DNA of 64,000 nucleotides from Eledone cirrhosa (Eukaryota). Both the position numbers and the translations under genes were made by a program. The notes under the pieces are model-generated. The model made no database searches. It was not told the DNA's origin and was given only the letters and a program-made list of their open reading frames with translations. Positions 1 to 14,200 of the stretch are shown piece by piece. The stretch is from NCBI GenBank assembly GCA_964016885.1, contig OZ024741.1:260276001-260340000 (forward strand), read 5' to 3'. Within the stretch, counting starts at the first letter, position 1, and the number at the start of each line of letters is the position of its first letter.

Positions 1-3000
1 TGTTGTTGCTGTTTTCTGTGTCAGTGCCAGTGTTGTTGTAGTTGTTGCTGTTTTCTGTGTCAGTGCCAGTGTTGTTGTAGTTGTTGCTGTTTTCTGTGTC
101 AGTGCCAGTGTTGTTGTAGTTGTTGCTGTTTTCTCTGTCAGTGCCAGTCTTGTTGTAGTTGTTGCTGTTTTCTGTGTCAGTGCCAGTGTTGTTGTTGCTG
201 TTTTCTCTGTCAGTGCTCAGTGCCAGTGTTGTTGTAGTTGTTGGTGTTTTCTCTGTCAGTGCCAGTGTTGTTGTAGTTGTTGCTGTTTTCTCTGTCAGTG
301 CCAGTTTTGTTGTAGTTGTTGCTGTTTTCTGTGTCAGTGCCAGTGTTGTTGTAGTTGTTGCTGTTTTCTCTGTCAGTGCCAGTGTTGTTGTTGCTGTTTT
401 CTCTGTCAGTGCCAGTGTTGTAGTTGTTGCTGTTTTCTCTGTCAGTGCCAGTGTTGTTGTTGTTGTTGCTGTTTTCTCTGTCAGTGTTGTTGTTGTTGCT
501 ATTTTCACTGTCAGTGCCAGTGTTGTTGTTGTTGCTGTTTTCTGTTGCAGTGCCAGTGTTGTTGTTGTTGCTGTTTTCTGTGTCAGTGCCAGTGTTGTTG
601 TTGTTACTGTTGCTGTTTTCTGTGTCAGTGCCAGTCTTGTTGTTGTTACTGTTGCTGTTTTCTGTACCAGAGCCAGTGTTATTGTTGCTGTTGTTGCTGT
701 TTTCTGTGTCAGTGCCACTGTTGTTGTTGCTGTTGTTGCTGTTTTCTGTGTCAGTGCCAGTGTTGTTGTTGCTGTTGTAGCTGTTTTCTCTGTCAGTGCC
801 AGTGTTGTTGTTGCTGTTGTTGCTGTTTTCCGTGCCAGTGTTGTTGTAGTTGTTGCTGTTTTCTGTGTCAGTGCCAGTGCTCTTGCTGTTGCTGTTTTCT
901 GTGTCAGTGCCAGTGTTGTTGTTGTTACTGTTGCTGTTTTCTGTGTCAGTTCCAGTGTTGTTGTTGTTGTTGCTGTTGCTGTTTTCTGTGCCAGTGCCAG
1001 TGTTATTGTTGCTGTTGTTGCTGTTTTCTCTGTCAGTGCCAGTGTTGTTGTAGTTGTTGCTGTTTTCTCTGTCCGTGCCAGTGTTGTTGTAGTTGTTGCT
1101 GTTTTCTGTGTCAGTGCCAGTGTTGTTGTAGTTGTTGCTGTTTTCTCTGTCAGTGACAGTGTTGTTGTTGTTGCTGCTTTCTCTGTCAGTGTCAGTGTTG
1201 TAGTTGTTGCTGTTTTCTCTGTCAGTGCCAGTGTTGTTGTTGTTGTTGCTGTTTTCTGTGTCAGTGCCAGTGTTGTTGTTGTTACTGTTTTCTGTGTCAG
1301 TGCCAGTGTTGTTGTTGTTGCTGTTTTCTGTGTCAGTGCCAGTGTTGTTGTTGTTACTGTTGCTGTTTTCTGTGTCAGTTCCAGTGTTGCTGTTGCTGTT
1401 TTCTGTGCCAGTGCCAGTGTTATTGTTGCTGTTGTTGCTGTTTTCTGTGTCAGTGCCACGGTTATTGTTGCTGTTGTTGCTGTTTTCTGTGTCAGTGCCA
1501 GTGTTGTTGTTGCTGTTGTTGCTGTTTTCTGTGTCAGTGTTGTTGTTGCTGTTGTTGCTGTTTTCCGTGCCAGTGTTGTTGTAGTTGTTGCTGTTTTCTG
1601 TGTCAGTGCCGGTGTTGTTGTTGTTGCTGTTTTCTCTGTCAGTGCCAGTGTTGTTGTTGTTGCTGTTTTCTGTGTCAGTGCCAGTGTTGTTGTAGTTGTT
1701 GCTGTTTTCTGTGTCAGTGCCAGTGTTGTTGTAGTTGTTTCTGTTTTCTGTGTCAGTGCCAGTGTTGTTGTAGTTGTTGCTGTTTTCTCTGTCAGTGCCA
1801 GTGTTGTTGTAGTTGTTGCTGTTTTCTCTGTCAGTGCCAGTGTTGTTGTAGTTGTTGCTGTTTTCTGTGTCAATGCCAGTGTTGTTGTTGCTGTTTTCTC
1901 TGTCAGTCCCAGTGTTGTTGTAGTTGTTGCTGTTTTCTGTGTCAGTGCCAGTGTTGTTGTAGTTGTTGCTGTTTTCTCTCTCAGTGCCAGTGTTGTTGTA
2001 GTTGTTGCTCTTTTCTGTGTCAGTGCCAGTGTTGTTGTTGCTGTTGTTGCTGTTTTCTGTGTCAGTGCCAGTGTTGTTGCTGTTGCTGTTTTCTCTGTCA
2101 GTGCCAGTGTTGTTGTAGTTGTTGCTGTTTTCTCTGTCAGTGCCAGTGTTGTAGTTGTTGCTGTTTTCTGTGTCAGTGCCAGTGTTGTTGTTGTTGCTGT
2201 TTTCTCTGTCAGTGCCAGTGTTGTTGTAGTTGTTGCTGTTTTCTCTGTCAGTGCCAGTGTTGTTGTAGTTGTTGCTGTTTTCTCTGTCAGTGCCAGTGTT
2301 GTTGTAGTTGTTGCTGTTTTCTGTGTCAGTGCCAGTGTTGTTGTTGCTGTTTTCTCTGTCAGTGCCAGTGTTGTTGTAGTTGTTGCTGTTTTCTCTGTCA
2401 GTGTCAGTTTTGTTGTAGTTGTTGCTGTTTTCTGTGTCAGTGCCAGTGTTGTTGTAGTTGTTGCTGTTTTCTTTGTCAGTGCCAGTGTTGTTGTTGTTGC
2501 TGTTTTCTCTGTCAGTGCCAGTGTTGTAGTTGTTGCTGTTTTCTCTGTCAGTGCCAGTGTTGTTGTTGTTGTTGCTGTTTTCTCTGTCAGTGCCAGTGTT
2601 GTTGTTGTTGCTATTTTCACTGTCAGTGCCAGTGTTGTTGTTGTTGCTATTTTCACTGTCAGTGCCAGTGTTGTTGTTGTTACTGTTGCTGTTTTCTGTG
2701 TCAGTGCCAGAGTGGTTGTTGTTACTGTTGCTGTTTTCTGTGCCAGTGTTATTGTTGCTGTTGTTGCTGTTTTGTCTGTCAGTGCCAGTGTTGTAGTTGT
2801 TGCTGTTTTCTCTGTCAGTGCCAGTGTTGTTGTAGTTGTTGCTGTTTTCTGTGTCAGTGCCAGTGTTGTTGTTGTTGCTGTTTTCTTGTCAGTGCCAGTG
2901 TTGTTGTTGTTGCTATTTTCACTGTCAGTGTCAGTGTTGTTGCTGTTGCTGTTTTCTCTGTCAGTGCCAGTGATGTTGTAGTTGTTGCTGTTTTCTGTGT

Positions 3001-6000
3001 TAGTGCCAGTGTTGTTGTAGTTGTTGCTGTTTTCTGTGTCAGTGCCAGTGTTGTTGCTGTTGCTGTTTTCTCTGTCAGTGCCAGTGTTGTTGTAGTTGTT
3101 GCTGCTTTCTCTGTCAGTGCCAGTGTTGTTGTAGTTGTTTCTGTTTTCTGTGTCAGTGCCAGTGTTGTTGTTGTTGCTGTTTTCTCTGTCAGTGCCAGTG
3201 TTGTTGTAGTTGTTGCTGTTTTCTGTGTCAGTACCACTGTTGTTGTTGCTGTTTTCTGTGTCTGTGCCAGTGTTGTTGTTGTTGCTGTTTTCTCTGTCAG
3301 TGCCAGTGTTGTTGTTGCTGTTTTCTCTGTCAGTGCCAGTGTTGTTGTTGTTGCTGTTTTCTGTGTCAGTGCCAGTGTTGTTGTAGTTGTTGCTGTTTTC
3401 TGTGTCAGTGCCAGTGTTGTTGTAGTTGTTGCTGTTTTCTCTGTCAGCGCCAGTGTTGTTGTAGTTGTTGCTGTTTTATGTGTCAGTGCCAGTGTTTTTG
3501 TTGTTGCTGTTTTCTCTGTCAGTGCCAGTGTTGTTGTAGTTGTTGCTGTTTTCTCTGTCAGTACCAGTGTGGTTGTAGTTGTTGCTGTTTTCTCTGTCAG
3601 TGCCAGTGTTGTTGTAGTTGTTGCTGTTTTCTGTGTCAGTGCCAGTGTTGTTGCTGTTGCTGTTTTCTCTGTCAGTGCCAGTGTTGTTGTAGTTGTTGCT
3701 GTTTTCTCTGTCAGTGCCAGTGTTGTTGTTGTTGCTGTTTTCTCTGTCAGTGCCAGTGTTGTTGTAGTTGTTGCTGTTTTCTCTGTCAGTGCCAGTGTTG
3801 TTGTAGTTGTTGCTGTTTTCTGTGTCAGTGCCAGTGTTGTTGCTGTTGTTGCTGTTTTCTGTGTCCGTGCCAGTGTTGTTGTTGCTGTTTTCTCTGTCAG
3901 TGCCAGTGTTTTTGTTGTTGCTGTTTTCTGTGTCAGTGCCAGTGTTGTTCTAGTTGTTGATGTTTTCTGTGCCAGTGCCAGTGTTGTTGTAGTTGTTGCT
4001 GTTTTCTCTGTCAGTGCCAGTGTTGTTGTAGTTGTTGCTGTTTTCTCTGTCAGTGCCAGTGTTGTTGTAGTTGTTGCTGTTTTCTGTGTCAGTGTCAGTG
4101 TTGTTGTTGTTGCTGTTTTCTCTGTCAGTGCCAGTGTTGTTGTAGTTATTGCTGTTTTCTGTGTCAGTGCCACTGTTGTTGTTGCTGTTTTCTGTGTCAG
4201 TGCCAGTGTTGTTGTTGTTGCTGTTTTCTGTGTCAGTGCCAGTGTTGTTGTTGTTGCTGTTTTCTGTGTCAGTGCCATTGTTATTGCTGTTGTTGCTGTT
4301 TTCTATGTCAGTGCCAGTGTTGTTGTTGCTGTTGTTGCTGTTTTCTGTGTCAGTGTTGTTGCTGTTTCTGTTTTCTCTGTCAGTGCCAGTGTTGTTGTAG
4401 TTGTTGCTGTTTTCTCTGTCAGTGCCAGTGTTGTTGTAGTTGCTGTTTTCTCTGTCAGTGCCAGTGTTGTTGTTGTTGCTGTTTTCTCTGTCAGTGCCAG
4501 TGTTGTTGTTGTTGCTGTTTTCTGTGTCAGTGCCAGTGTTGTTGTAGTTGCTGTTTTCTCTGTCAGTGCCAGTGTTGTTGTTGTTGCTATTTTCACTGTC
4601 AGTGCCAGTGTTGTTGTTGCTGTTTTCTCTGTCAGTGCCAGTGTTGTTGTAGTTGTTGCTGTTTTCTCTGCCAGTGCCAGTGTTGTTGTTGTTGCTGTTT
4701 TCTCTGTCAGTGCCAGTGTTGTTGTAGTTGTTGCTGTTTTCTCTGTCAGTGCCAGTGTTGTTGTAGTTGTTGCTGTTTTCTGTGTCAGTGCCGGTGTTGT
4801 TGTTGTTGCTGTTTTCTCTGTTAGTGCCAGTGTTGTTGTTGTTGCAGTTTTCTGTGTCAGTGCCAGTGTTGTTGTTGTTGCTGTTTTCTGTGTCAGTGCC
4901 AGTGTTGTTGTTGTTGCTGTTTTCTGTGTCAGTGCCAGTGTTGTTGTAGTTGTTGCTGTTTTCTCTGTCAGTGCCAGTGTTGTTGTAGTTGTTGCTGTTT
5001 TCTCTGTCAGTGCCAGTTTTGTTGTAGTTGTTGCTGTTTTCTGTGTCAGTGCCAGTGTTGTTGTAGTTGTTGCTGTTTTCTCTGTCAGTGCCAGTGTTGT
5101 TGTTGCTGTTTTCTCTGTCAGTGCCAGTGGTGTAGTTGTTGCTGTTTTCTCTGTCAGTGCCAGTGTTGTTGTTGATGTTGCTGTTTTCTCTGTCAGTGTT
5201 GTTGTTGTTGCTATTTTCACTGTCAGTGCCAGTGTTGTTGTTGTTGCTGTTTTCTGTGTCAGTGCCAGTGTTGTTGTTGTTGCTGTTTTCTGTGTCAGTG
5301 CCAGTGTTGTTGTTGTTACTGTTGCTGTTTTCTGTGTCAGTGCCAGTCTTGTTGTTGTTACTGTTGCTGTTTTCTGTACCAGAGCCAGTGTTATTGTTGC
5401 TGTTGTTGCTGTTTTCTGTGTCAGTGCCACTGTTGTTGTTGCTGTTGTTGCTGTTTTCTGTGTCAGTGCCAGTGTTGTTGTTGCTGTTGTAGCTGTTTTC
5501 TCTGTCAGTGCCAGTGTTGTTGTTGCTGTTGTTGCTGTTTTCCGTGCCAGTGTTGTTGTAGTTGTTGCTGTTTTCTGTGTCAGTGCCAGTGCTCTTGCTG
5601 TTGCTGTTTTCTGTGTCAGTGCCAGTGTTGTTGTTGTTACTGTTGCTGTTTTCTGTGTCAGTTCCAGTGTTGTTGTTGTTGTTGCTGTTTTCTGTGCCAG
5701 TGCCAGTGTTATTGTTGCTGTTGTTGCTGTTTTCTCTGTCAGTGCCAGTGTTGTTGTAGTTGTTGCTGTTTTCTCTGTCCGTGCCAGTGTTGTTGTAGTT
5801 GTTGCTGTTTTCTGTGTCAGTGCCAGTGTTGTTGTAGTTGTTGCTGTTTTCTCTGTCAGTGACAGTGTTGTTGTTGTTGCTGCTTTCTCTGTCAGTGTCA
5901 GTGTTGTAGTTGTTGCTGTTTTCTCTGTCAGTGCCAGTGTTGTTGTTGTTGTTGCTGTTTTCTGTGTCAGTGCCAGTGTTGTTGTTGTTACTGTTTTCTG

Positions 6001-9000
6001 TGTCAGTGCCAGTGTTGTTGTTGTTGCTGTTTTCTGTGTCAGTGCCAGTGTTGTTGTTGTTACTGTTGCTGTTTTCTGTGTCAGTTCCAGTGTTGCTGTT
6101 GCTGTTTTCTGTGCCAGTGCCAGTGTTATTGTTGCTGTTGTTGCTGTTTTCTGTGTCAGTGCCACGGTTGTTGTTGCTGTTGTTGCTGTTTTCTGTGTCA
6201 GTGCCAGTGTTGTTGTTGCTGTTGTTGCTGTTTTCTGTGTCAGTGTTGTTGTTGCTGTTGTTGCTGTTTTCCGTGCCAGTGTTGTTGTAGTTGTTGCTGT
6301 TTTCTGTGTCAGTGCCGGTGTTGTTGTTGTTGCTGTTTTCTCTGTCAGTGCCAGTGTTGTTGTTGTTGCTGTTTTCTGTGTCAGTGCCAGTGTTGTTGTA
6401 GTTGTTGCTGTTTTCTGTGTCAGTGCCAGTGTTGTTGTAGTTGTTGCTGTTTTCTGTGTCAGTGCCAGTGTTGTTGTAGTTGTTGCTGTTTTCTCTGTCA
6501 GTGCCAGTGTTGTTGTAGTTGTTGCTGTTTTCTCTGTCAGTGCCAGTGTTGTTGTAGTTGTTGCTGTTTTCTGTGTCAATGCCAGTGTTGTTGTTGCTGT
6601 TTTCTCTGTCAGTCCCAGTGTTGTTGTAGTTGTTGCTGTTTTCTGTGTCAGTGCCAGTGTTGTTGTAGTTGTTGCTGTTTTCTCTCTCAGTGCCAGTGTT
6701 GTTGTAGTTGTTGCTCTTTTCTGTGTCAGTGCCAGTGTTGTTGTTGCTGTTGTTGCTGTTTTCTGTGTCAGTGCCAGTGTTGTTGCTGTTGCTGTTTTCT
6801 CTGTCAGTGCCAGTGATGTTGTAGTTGTTGCTGTTTTCTCTGTCAGTGCCAGTGTTGTAGTTGTTGCTGTTTTCTGTGTCAGTGCCAGTGTTGTTGTTGT
6901 TGCTGTTTTCTCTGTCAGTGCCAGTGTTGTTGTAGTTGTTGCTGTTTTCTCTGTCAGTGCCAGTGTTGTTGTAGTTGTTGCTGTTTTCTCTGTCAGTGCC
7001 AGTGTTGTTGTAGTTGTTGCTGTTTTCTGTGTCAGTGCCAGTGTTGTTGTTGCTGTTTTCTCTGTCAGTGCCAGTGTTGTTGTAGTTGTTGCTGTTTTCT
7101 CTGTCAGTGTCAGTTTTGTTGTAGTTGTTGCTGTTTTCTGTGTCAGTGCCAGTGTTGTTGTAGTTGTTGCTGTTTTCTTTGTCAGTGCCAGTGTTGTTGT
7201 TGTTGCTGTTTTCTCTGTCAGTGCCAGTGTTGTAGTTGTTGCTGTTTTCTCTGTCAGTGCCAGTGTTGTTGTTGTTGTTGCTGTTTTCTCTGTCAGTGCC
7301 AGTGTTGTTGTTGTTGCTATTTTCACTGTCAGTGCCAGTGTTGTTGTTGTTGCTATTTTCACTGTCAGTGCCAGTGTTGTTGTTGTTACTGTTGCTGTTT
7401 TCTGTGTCAGTGCCAGAGTGGTTGTTGTTACTGTTGCTGTTTTTTGTGCCAGTGTTATTGTTGCTGTTGTTGCTGTTTTGTCTGTCAGTGCCAGTGTTGT
7501 AGTTGTTGCTGTTTTCTCTGTCAGTGCCGGTGTTGTTGTAGTTGTTGCTGTTTTCTGTGTCAGTGCCAGTGTTGTTGTTGTTGCTGTTTTCTTGTCAGTG
7601 CCAGTGTTGTTGTTGTTGCTATTTTCACTGTCAGTGTCAGTGTTGTTGCTGTTGCTGTTTTCTCTGTCAGTGCCAGTGATGTTGTAGTTGTTGCTGTTTT
7701 CTGTGTTAGTGCCAGTGTTGTTGTAGTTGTTGCTGTTTTCTGTGTCAGTGCCAGTGTTGTTGCTGTTGCTGTTTTCTCTGTCAGTGCCAGTGTTGTTGTA
7801 GTTGTTGCTGCTTTCTCTGTCAGTGCCAGTGTTGTTGTAGTTGTTTCTGTTTTCTGTGTCAGTGACAGTGTTGTTGTTGTTGCTGTTTTCTCTGTCAGTG
7901 CCAGTGTTGTTGTAGTTGTTGCTGTTTTCTGTGTCAGTACCACTGTTGTTGTTGCTGTTTTCTGTATCTGTGCCAGTGTTGTTGTTGTTGCTGTTTTCTC
8001 TGTCAGTGCCAGTGTTGTTGTTGCTGTTTTCTCTGTCAGTGCCAGTGTTGTTGTTGTTGCTGTTTTCTGTGTCAGTGCCAGTGTTGTTGTAGTTGTTGCT
8101 GTTTTCTGTGTCAGTGCCAGTGTTGTTGTAGTTGTTGCTGTTTTCTCTGTCAGCGCCAGTGTTGTTGTAGTTGTTGCTGTTTTATGTGTCAGTGCCAGTG
8201 TTTTTGTTGTTGCTGTTTTCTCTGTCAGTGCCAGTGTTGTTGTAGTTGTTGCTGTTTTCTCTGTCAGTGCCAGTGTTGTAATTGTTGCTGTTTTCTGTGT
8301 CAGTGCCAGTGTTGTTGCTGTTGTTGCTGTTTTCTGTGTCAGTGTCAGTGTTGTTGTTGTTGCTGTTTTCTGTGTCAGTGCCAGTGTTGTTGTTGCTATT
8401 TTCACTGTCAGTGCCAGTGTTGTTGTAGTTGTTGCTGTTTTCTGTGTCAGTGCCAGTGTTGTTGTTGTTGCTGTTTTCTCTGTCAATGCCAGTGTTGTTG
8501 TAGCTGTTGCTGTTTTCTGTGTCAGTGCCAGTGTTGTTGTAGTTGTTGCTGTTTACTGTGTCAGTGCCAGTGTTGTTGTAGTTGTTGCTGTTTTCTCTGT
8601 CAGTGCCAGTGTTGTTGCAGTTGTTGCTGTTTTCTCTGTCAGTGCCAGTGTTGTTGTAGTTGTTGCTGTTTTCTGTGTCAGTGCCAGTGTTGTTGTTGTT
8701 GCTGTTTTCTCTGTCAGTGCCAGTGTTGTTGAAGTTGTTGCTGTTTTCTCTGTCAGTGCCAGTGTTGTTGTAGTTGTTGCTGTTTTCTGTGTCAGTGCCA
8801 GTGTTGTTGTAGTTGTTGCTGTTTTCTCAGTCAGTGCCAGTGTTGTTGTTGTTGTTGCTGTTTTCTCTGTCAGTGCCAGTGTTGTAGTTGTTGCTGTTTT
8901 CTCTGTCAGTGCCAGTGTTGTTGTAGTTGTTGCTGTTTTCTCTGTCAGTGCCAGTGTTGTTGTAGTTGTTGCTGTTTTCTGTGTCAGTGCCAGTGTTGTT

Positions 9001-12000
9001 GCTGTTGTTGCTGTTTTCTGTGTCCGTGTCAGTGTTGTTGTTGCTGTTTTCTCTGTCAGTGCCAGTGTTTTTGTTGTTGCTGTTTTCTGTGTCAGTGCCA
9101 GTGTTGTTCTAGTTGTTGATGTTTTCTGTGCCAGTGCCAGTGTTGTTGTAGTTGTTGCTGTTTTCTCTGTCAGTGCCAGTGTTGTTGTAGTTGTTGCTGT
9201 TTTCTCTGTCAGTGCCAGTGTTGTTGTAGTTGTTGCTGTTTTCTGTGTCAGTGTCAGTGTTGTTGTTGTTGCTGTTTTCTCTGTCAGTGCCAGTGTTGTT
9301 GTAGTTATTGCTGTTTTCTGTGTCAGTGCCACTGTTGTTGTTGCTGTTTTCTGTGTCAGTGCCAGTGTTGTTGTTGTTGCTGTTTTCTGTGTCAGTGCCA
9401 GTGTTGTTGTTGTTGCTGTTTTCTGTGTCAGTGCCATTGTTATTGCTGTTGTTGCTGTTTTCTATGTCAGTGCCAGTGTTGTTGTTGCTGTTGTTGCTGT
9501 TTTCTGTGCCAGTGTTGTTGCTGTTTCTGTTTTCTCTGTCAGTGCCAGTGTTGTTGTAGTTGTTGCTGTTTTCTCTGTCAGTGCCAGTGTTGTTGTAGTT
9601 GCTGTTTTCTCTGTCAGTGCCAGTGTTGTTGTTGTTGCTGTTTTCTCTGTCAGTGCCAGTGTTGTTGTTGTTGCTGTTTTCTGTGTCAGTGCCAGTGTTG
9701 TTGTAGTTGCTGTTTTCTCTGTCAGTGCCAGTGTTGTTGTTGTTGCTATTTTCACTGTCAGTGCCAGTGTTGTTGTTGCTGTTTTCTCTGTCAGTGCCAG
9801 TGTTGTTGTAGTTGTTGCTGTTTTCTCTGCCAGTGCCAGTGTTGTTGTTGTTGTTGCTGTTTTCTCTGTCAGTGCCAGTGTTGTTGTAGTTGTTGCTGTT
9901 TTCTCTGTCAGTGCCAGTGTTGTTGTAGTTGTTGCTGTTTTCTGTGTCAGTGCCGGTGTTGTTGTTGTTGCTGTTTTCTCTGTTAGTGCCAGTGTTGTTG
10001 TTGTTGCAGTTTTCTGTGTCAGTGCCAGTGTTGTTGTTGTTGCTGTTTTCTGTGTCAGTGCCAGTGTTGTTGTTGTTGCTGTTTTCTGTGTCAGTGCCAG
10101 TGTTGTTGTAGTTGTTGCTGTTTTCTGTGTCAGTGCCAGTGTTGTTGTAGTTGTTGCTGTTTTCTGTGTCAGTGCCAGTGTTGTTGTAGTTGTTGCTGTT
10201 TTCTCTGTCAGTGCCAGTCTTGTTGTAGTTGTTGCTGTTTTCTGTGTCAGTGCCAGTGTTGTTGTTGCTGTTTTCTCTGTCAGTGCTCAGTGCCAGTGTT
10301 GTTGTAGTTGTTGCTGTTTTCTCTGTCAGTGCCAGTGTTGTTGTAGTTGTTGCTGTTTTCTCTGTCAGTGCCAGTTTTGTTGTAGTTGTTGCTGTTTTCT
10401 GTGTCAGTGCCAGTGTTGTTGTAGTTGTTGCTGTTTTCTCTGTCAGTGCCAGTGTTGTTGTTGCTGTTTTCTCTGTCAGTGCCAGTGTTGTAGTTGTTGC
10501 TGTTTTCTCTGTCAGTGCCAGTGTTGTTGTTGTTGTTGCTGTTTTCTCTGTCAGTGTTGTTGTTGTTGCTATTTTCACTGTCAGTGCCAGTGTTGTTGTT
10601 GTTGCTGTTTTCTGTGTCAGTGCCAGTGTTGTTGTTGTTGCTGTTTTCTGTGTCAGTGCCAGTGTTGTTGTTGTTACTGTTGCTGTTTTCTGTGTCAGTG
10701 CCAGTCTTGTTGTTGTTACTGTTGCTGTTTTCTGTACCAGAGCCAGTGTTATTGTTGCTGTTGTTGCTGTTTTCTGTGTCAGTGCCACTGTTGTTGTTGC
10801 TGTTGTTGCTGTTTTCTGTGTCAGTGCCAGTGTTGTTGTTGCTGTTGTAGCTGTTTTCTCTGTCAGTGCCAGTGTTGTTGTTGCTGTTGTTGCTGTTTTC
10901 CGTGCCAGTGTTGTTGTAGTTGTTGCTGTTTTCTGTGTCAGTGCCAGTGCTCTTGCTGTTGCTGTTTTCTGTGTCAGTGCCAGTGTTGTTGTTGTTACTG
11001 TTGCTGTTTTCTGTGTCAGTTCCAGTGTTGTTGTTGTTGTTGCTGTTGCTGTTTTCTGTGCCAGTGCCAGTGTTATTCTTGCTGTTGTTGCTGTTTTCTC
11101 TGTCAGTGCCAGTGTTGTTGTAGTTGTTGCTGTTTTCTCTGTCCGTGCCAGTGTTGTTGTAGTTGTTGCTGTTTTCTGTGTCAGTGCCAGTGTTGTTGTA
11201 GTTGTTGCTGTTTTCTCTGTCAGTGACAGTGTTGTTGTTGTTGCTGCTTTCTCTGTCAGTGTCAGTGTTGTAGTTGTTGCTGTTTTCTCTGTCAGTGCCA
11301 GTGTTGTTGTTGTTGTTGCTGTTTTCTGTGTCAGTGCCAGTGTTGTTGTTGTTACTGTTTTCTGTGTCAGTGCCAGTGTTGTTGTTGTTGCTGTTTTCTG
11401 TGTCAGTGCCAGTGTTGTTGTTGTTACTGTTGCTGTTTTCTGTGTCAGTTCCAGTGTTGCTGTTGCTGTTTTCTGTGCCAGTGCCAGTGTTATTGTTGCT
11501 GTTGTTGCTGTTTTCTGTGTCAGTGCCACGGTTGTTGTTGCTGTTGTTGCTGTTTTCTGTGTCAGTGCCAGTGTTGTTGTTGCTGTTGTTGCTGTTTTCT
11601 GTGTCAGTGTTGTTGTTGCTGTTGTTGCTGTTTTCCGTGCCAGTGTTGTTGTAGTTGTTGCTGTTTTCTGTGTCAGTGCCGGTGTTGTTGTTGTTGCTGT
11701 TTTCTCTGTCAGTGCCAGTGTTGTTGTTGTTGCTGTTTTCTGTGTCAGTGCCAGTGTTGTTGTAGTTGTTGCTGTTTTCTGTGTCAGTGCCAGTGTTGTT
11801 GTAGTTGTTGCTGTTTTCTGTGTCAGTGCCAGTGTTGTTGTAGTTGTTGCTGTTTTCTCTGTCAGTGCCAGTGTTGTTGTAGTTGTTGCTGTTTTCTCTG
11901 TCAGTGCCAGTGTTGTTGTAGTTGTTGCTGTTTTCTGTGTCAATGCCAGTGTTGTTGTTGCTGTTTTCTCTGTCAGTCCCAGTGTTGTTGTAGTTGTTGC

Positions 12001-14200
12001 TGTTTTCTGTGTCAGTGCCAGTGTTGTTGTAGTTGTTGCTGTTTTCTCTCTCAGTGCCAGTGTTGTTGTAGTTGTTGCTCTTTTCTGTGTCAGTGCCAGT
12101 GTTGTTGTTGCTGTTGTTGCTGTTTTCTGTGTCAGTGCCAGTGTTGTTGCTGTTGCTGTTTTCTCTGTCAGTGCCAGTGTTGTTGTAGTTGTTGCTGTTT
12201 TCTCTGTCAGTGCCAGTGTTGTAGTTGTTGCTGTTTTCTGTGTCAGTGCCAGTGTTGTTGTTGTTGCTGTTTTCTCTGTCAGTGCCAGTGTTGTTGTAGT
12301 TGTTGCTGTTTTCTCTGTCAGTGCCAGTGTTGTTGTAGTTGTTGCTGTTTTCTCTGTCAGTGCCAGTGTTGTTGTAGTTGTTGCTGTTTTCTGTGTCAGT
12401 GCCAGTGTTGTTGTTGCTGTTTTCTCTGTCAGTGCCAGTGTTGTTGTAGTTGTTGCTGTTTTCTCTGTCAGTGTCAGTTTTGTTGTAGTTGTTGCTGTTT
12501 TCTGTGTCAGTGCCAGTGTTGTTGTAGTTGTTGCTGTTTTCTTTGTCAGTGCCAGTGTTGTTGTTGTTGCTGTTTTCTCTGTCAGTGCCAGTGTTGTAGT
12601 TGTTGCTGTTTTCTCTGTCAGTGCCAGTGTTGTTGTTGTTGTTGCTGTTTTCTCTGTCAGTGCCAGTGTTGTTGTTGTTGCTATTTTCACTGTCAGTGCC
12701 AGTGTTGTTGTTGTTGCTATTTTCACTGTCAGTGCCAGTGTTGTTGTTGTTACTGTTGCTGTTTTCTGTGTCAGTGCCAGAGTGGTTGTTGTTACTGTTG
12801 CTGTTTTCTGTGCCAGTGTTATTGTTGCTGTTGTTGCTGTTTTGTCTGTCAGTGCCAGTGTTGTAGTTGTTGCTGTTTTCTCTGTCAGTGCCAGTGTTGT
12901 TGTAGTTGTTGCTGTTTTCTGTGTCAGTGCCAGTGTTGTTGTTGTTGCGGTTTTCTTGTCAGTGCCAGTGTTGTTGTTGTTGCTATTTTCACTGTCAGTG
13001 CCAGTGTTGTTGCTGTTGCTGTTTTCTCTGTCAGTGCCAGTGATGTTGTAGTTGTTGCTGTTTTCTGTGTTAGTGCCAGTGTTGTTGTAGTTGTTTCTGT
13101 TTTCTGTGTCAGTGCCAGTGTTGTTGTTGTTGCTGTTTTCTCTGTCAGTGCCAGTGTTGTTGTAGTTGTTGCTGTTTTCTGTGTCAGTACCACTGTTGTT
13201 GTTGCTGTTTTCTGTGTCTGTGCCAGTGTTGTTGTTGTTGCTGTTTTCTCTGTCAGTGCCAGTGTTGTTGTTGCTGTTTTCTCTGTCAGTGCCAGTGTTG
13301 TTGTTGTTGCTGTTTTCTGTGTCAGTGCCAGTGTTGTTGTAGTTGTTGCTGTTTTCTGTGTCAGTGCCAGTGTTGTTGTAGTTGTTGCTGTTTTCTCTGT
13401 CAGCGCCAGTGTTGTTGTAGTTGTTGCTGTTTTCTCTGTCAGTGCCAGTGTTGTTGTAGTTGTTGCTGTTTTATGTGTCAGTGCCAGTGTTTTTGTTGTT
13501 GCTGTTTTCTCTGTCAGTGCCAGTGTTGTTGTAGTTGTTGCTGTTTTCTCTGTCAGTGCCAGTGTTGTAATTGTTGCTGTTTTCTGTGTCAGTGCCAGTG
13601 TTGTTGCTGTTGTTGCTGTTTTCTGTGTCAGTGTCAGTGTTGTTGTTGTTGCTGTTTTCTGTGTCAGTGCCAGTGTTGTTGTTGCTATTTTCACTGTCAG
13701 TGCCAGTGTTGTTGTAGTTGTTGCTGTTTTCTGTGTCAGTGCCAGTGTTGTTGTTGTTGCTGTTTTCTCTGTCAATGCCAGTGTTGTTGTAGTTGTTGCT
13801 GTTTTCTGTGTCAGTGCCAGTGTTGTTGTAGTTGTTGCTGTTTACTGTGTCAGTGCCAGTGTTGTTGTAGTTGTTGCTGTTTTCTCTGTCAGTGCCAGTG
13901 TTGTTGCAGTTGTTGCTGTTTTCTCTGTCAGTGCCAGTGTTGTTGTAGTTGTTGCTGTTTTCTGTGTCAGTGCCAGTGTTGTTGTTGTTGCTGTTTTCTC
14001 TGTCAGTGCCAGTGTTGTTGAAGTTGTTGCTGTTTTCTCTGTCAGTGCCAGTGTTGTTGTAGTTGTTGCTGTTTTCTGTGTCAGTGCCAGTGTTGTTGTA
14101 GTTGTTGCTGTTTTCTCAGTCAGTGCCAGTGTTGTTGTTGTTGTTGCTGTTTTCTCTGTCAGTGCCAGTGTTGTAGTTGTTGCTGTTTTCTCTGTCAGTG
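1..14200. repeat. Higher-order repeat in satellite A: three ~4.7-5.4 kb super-units, with a 10070-bp period between copies 1 and 3
   Basis: The marker CCAGTTTTGTT recurs at 301, 5013 and 10371. Matching ORFs recur at 424/5136/10494, 1204/5910/11274, 2530/7236/12600 and 159/10229. The rare unit TTTTCTTGTC recurs at ~2881, ~7587 and ~12951. Confidence 0.93.
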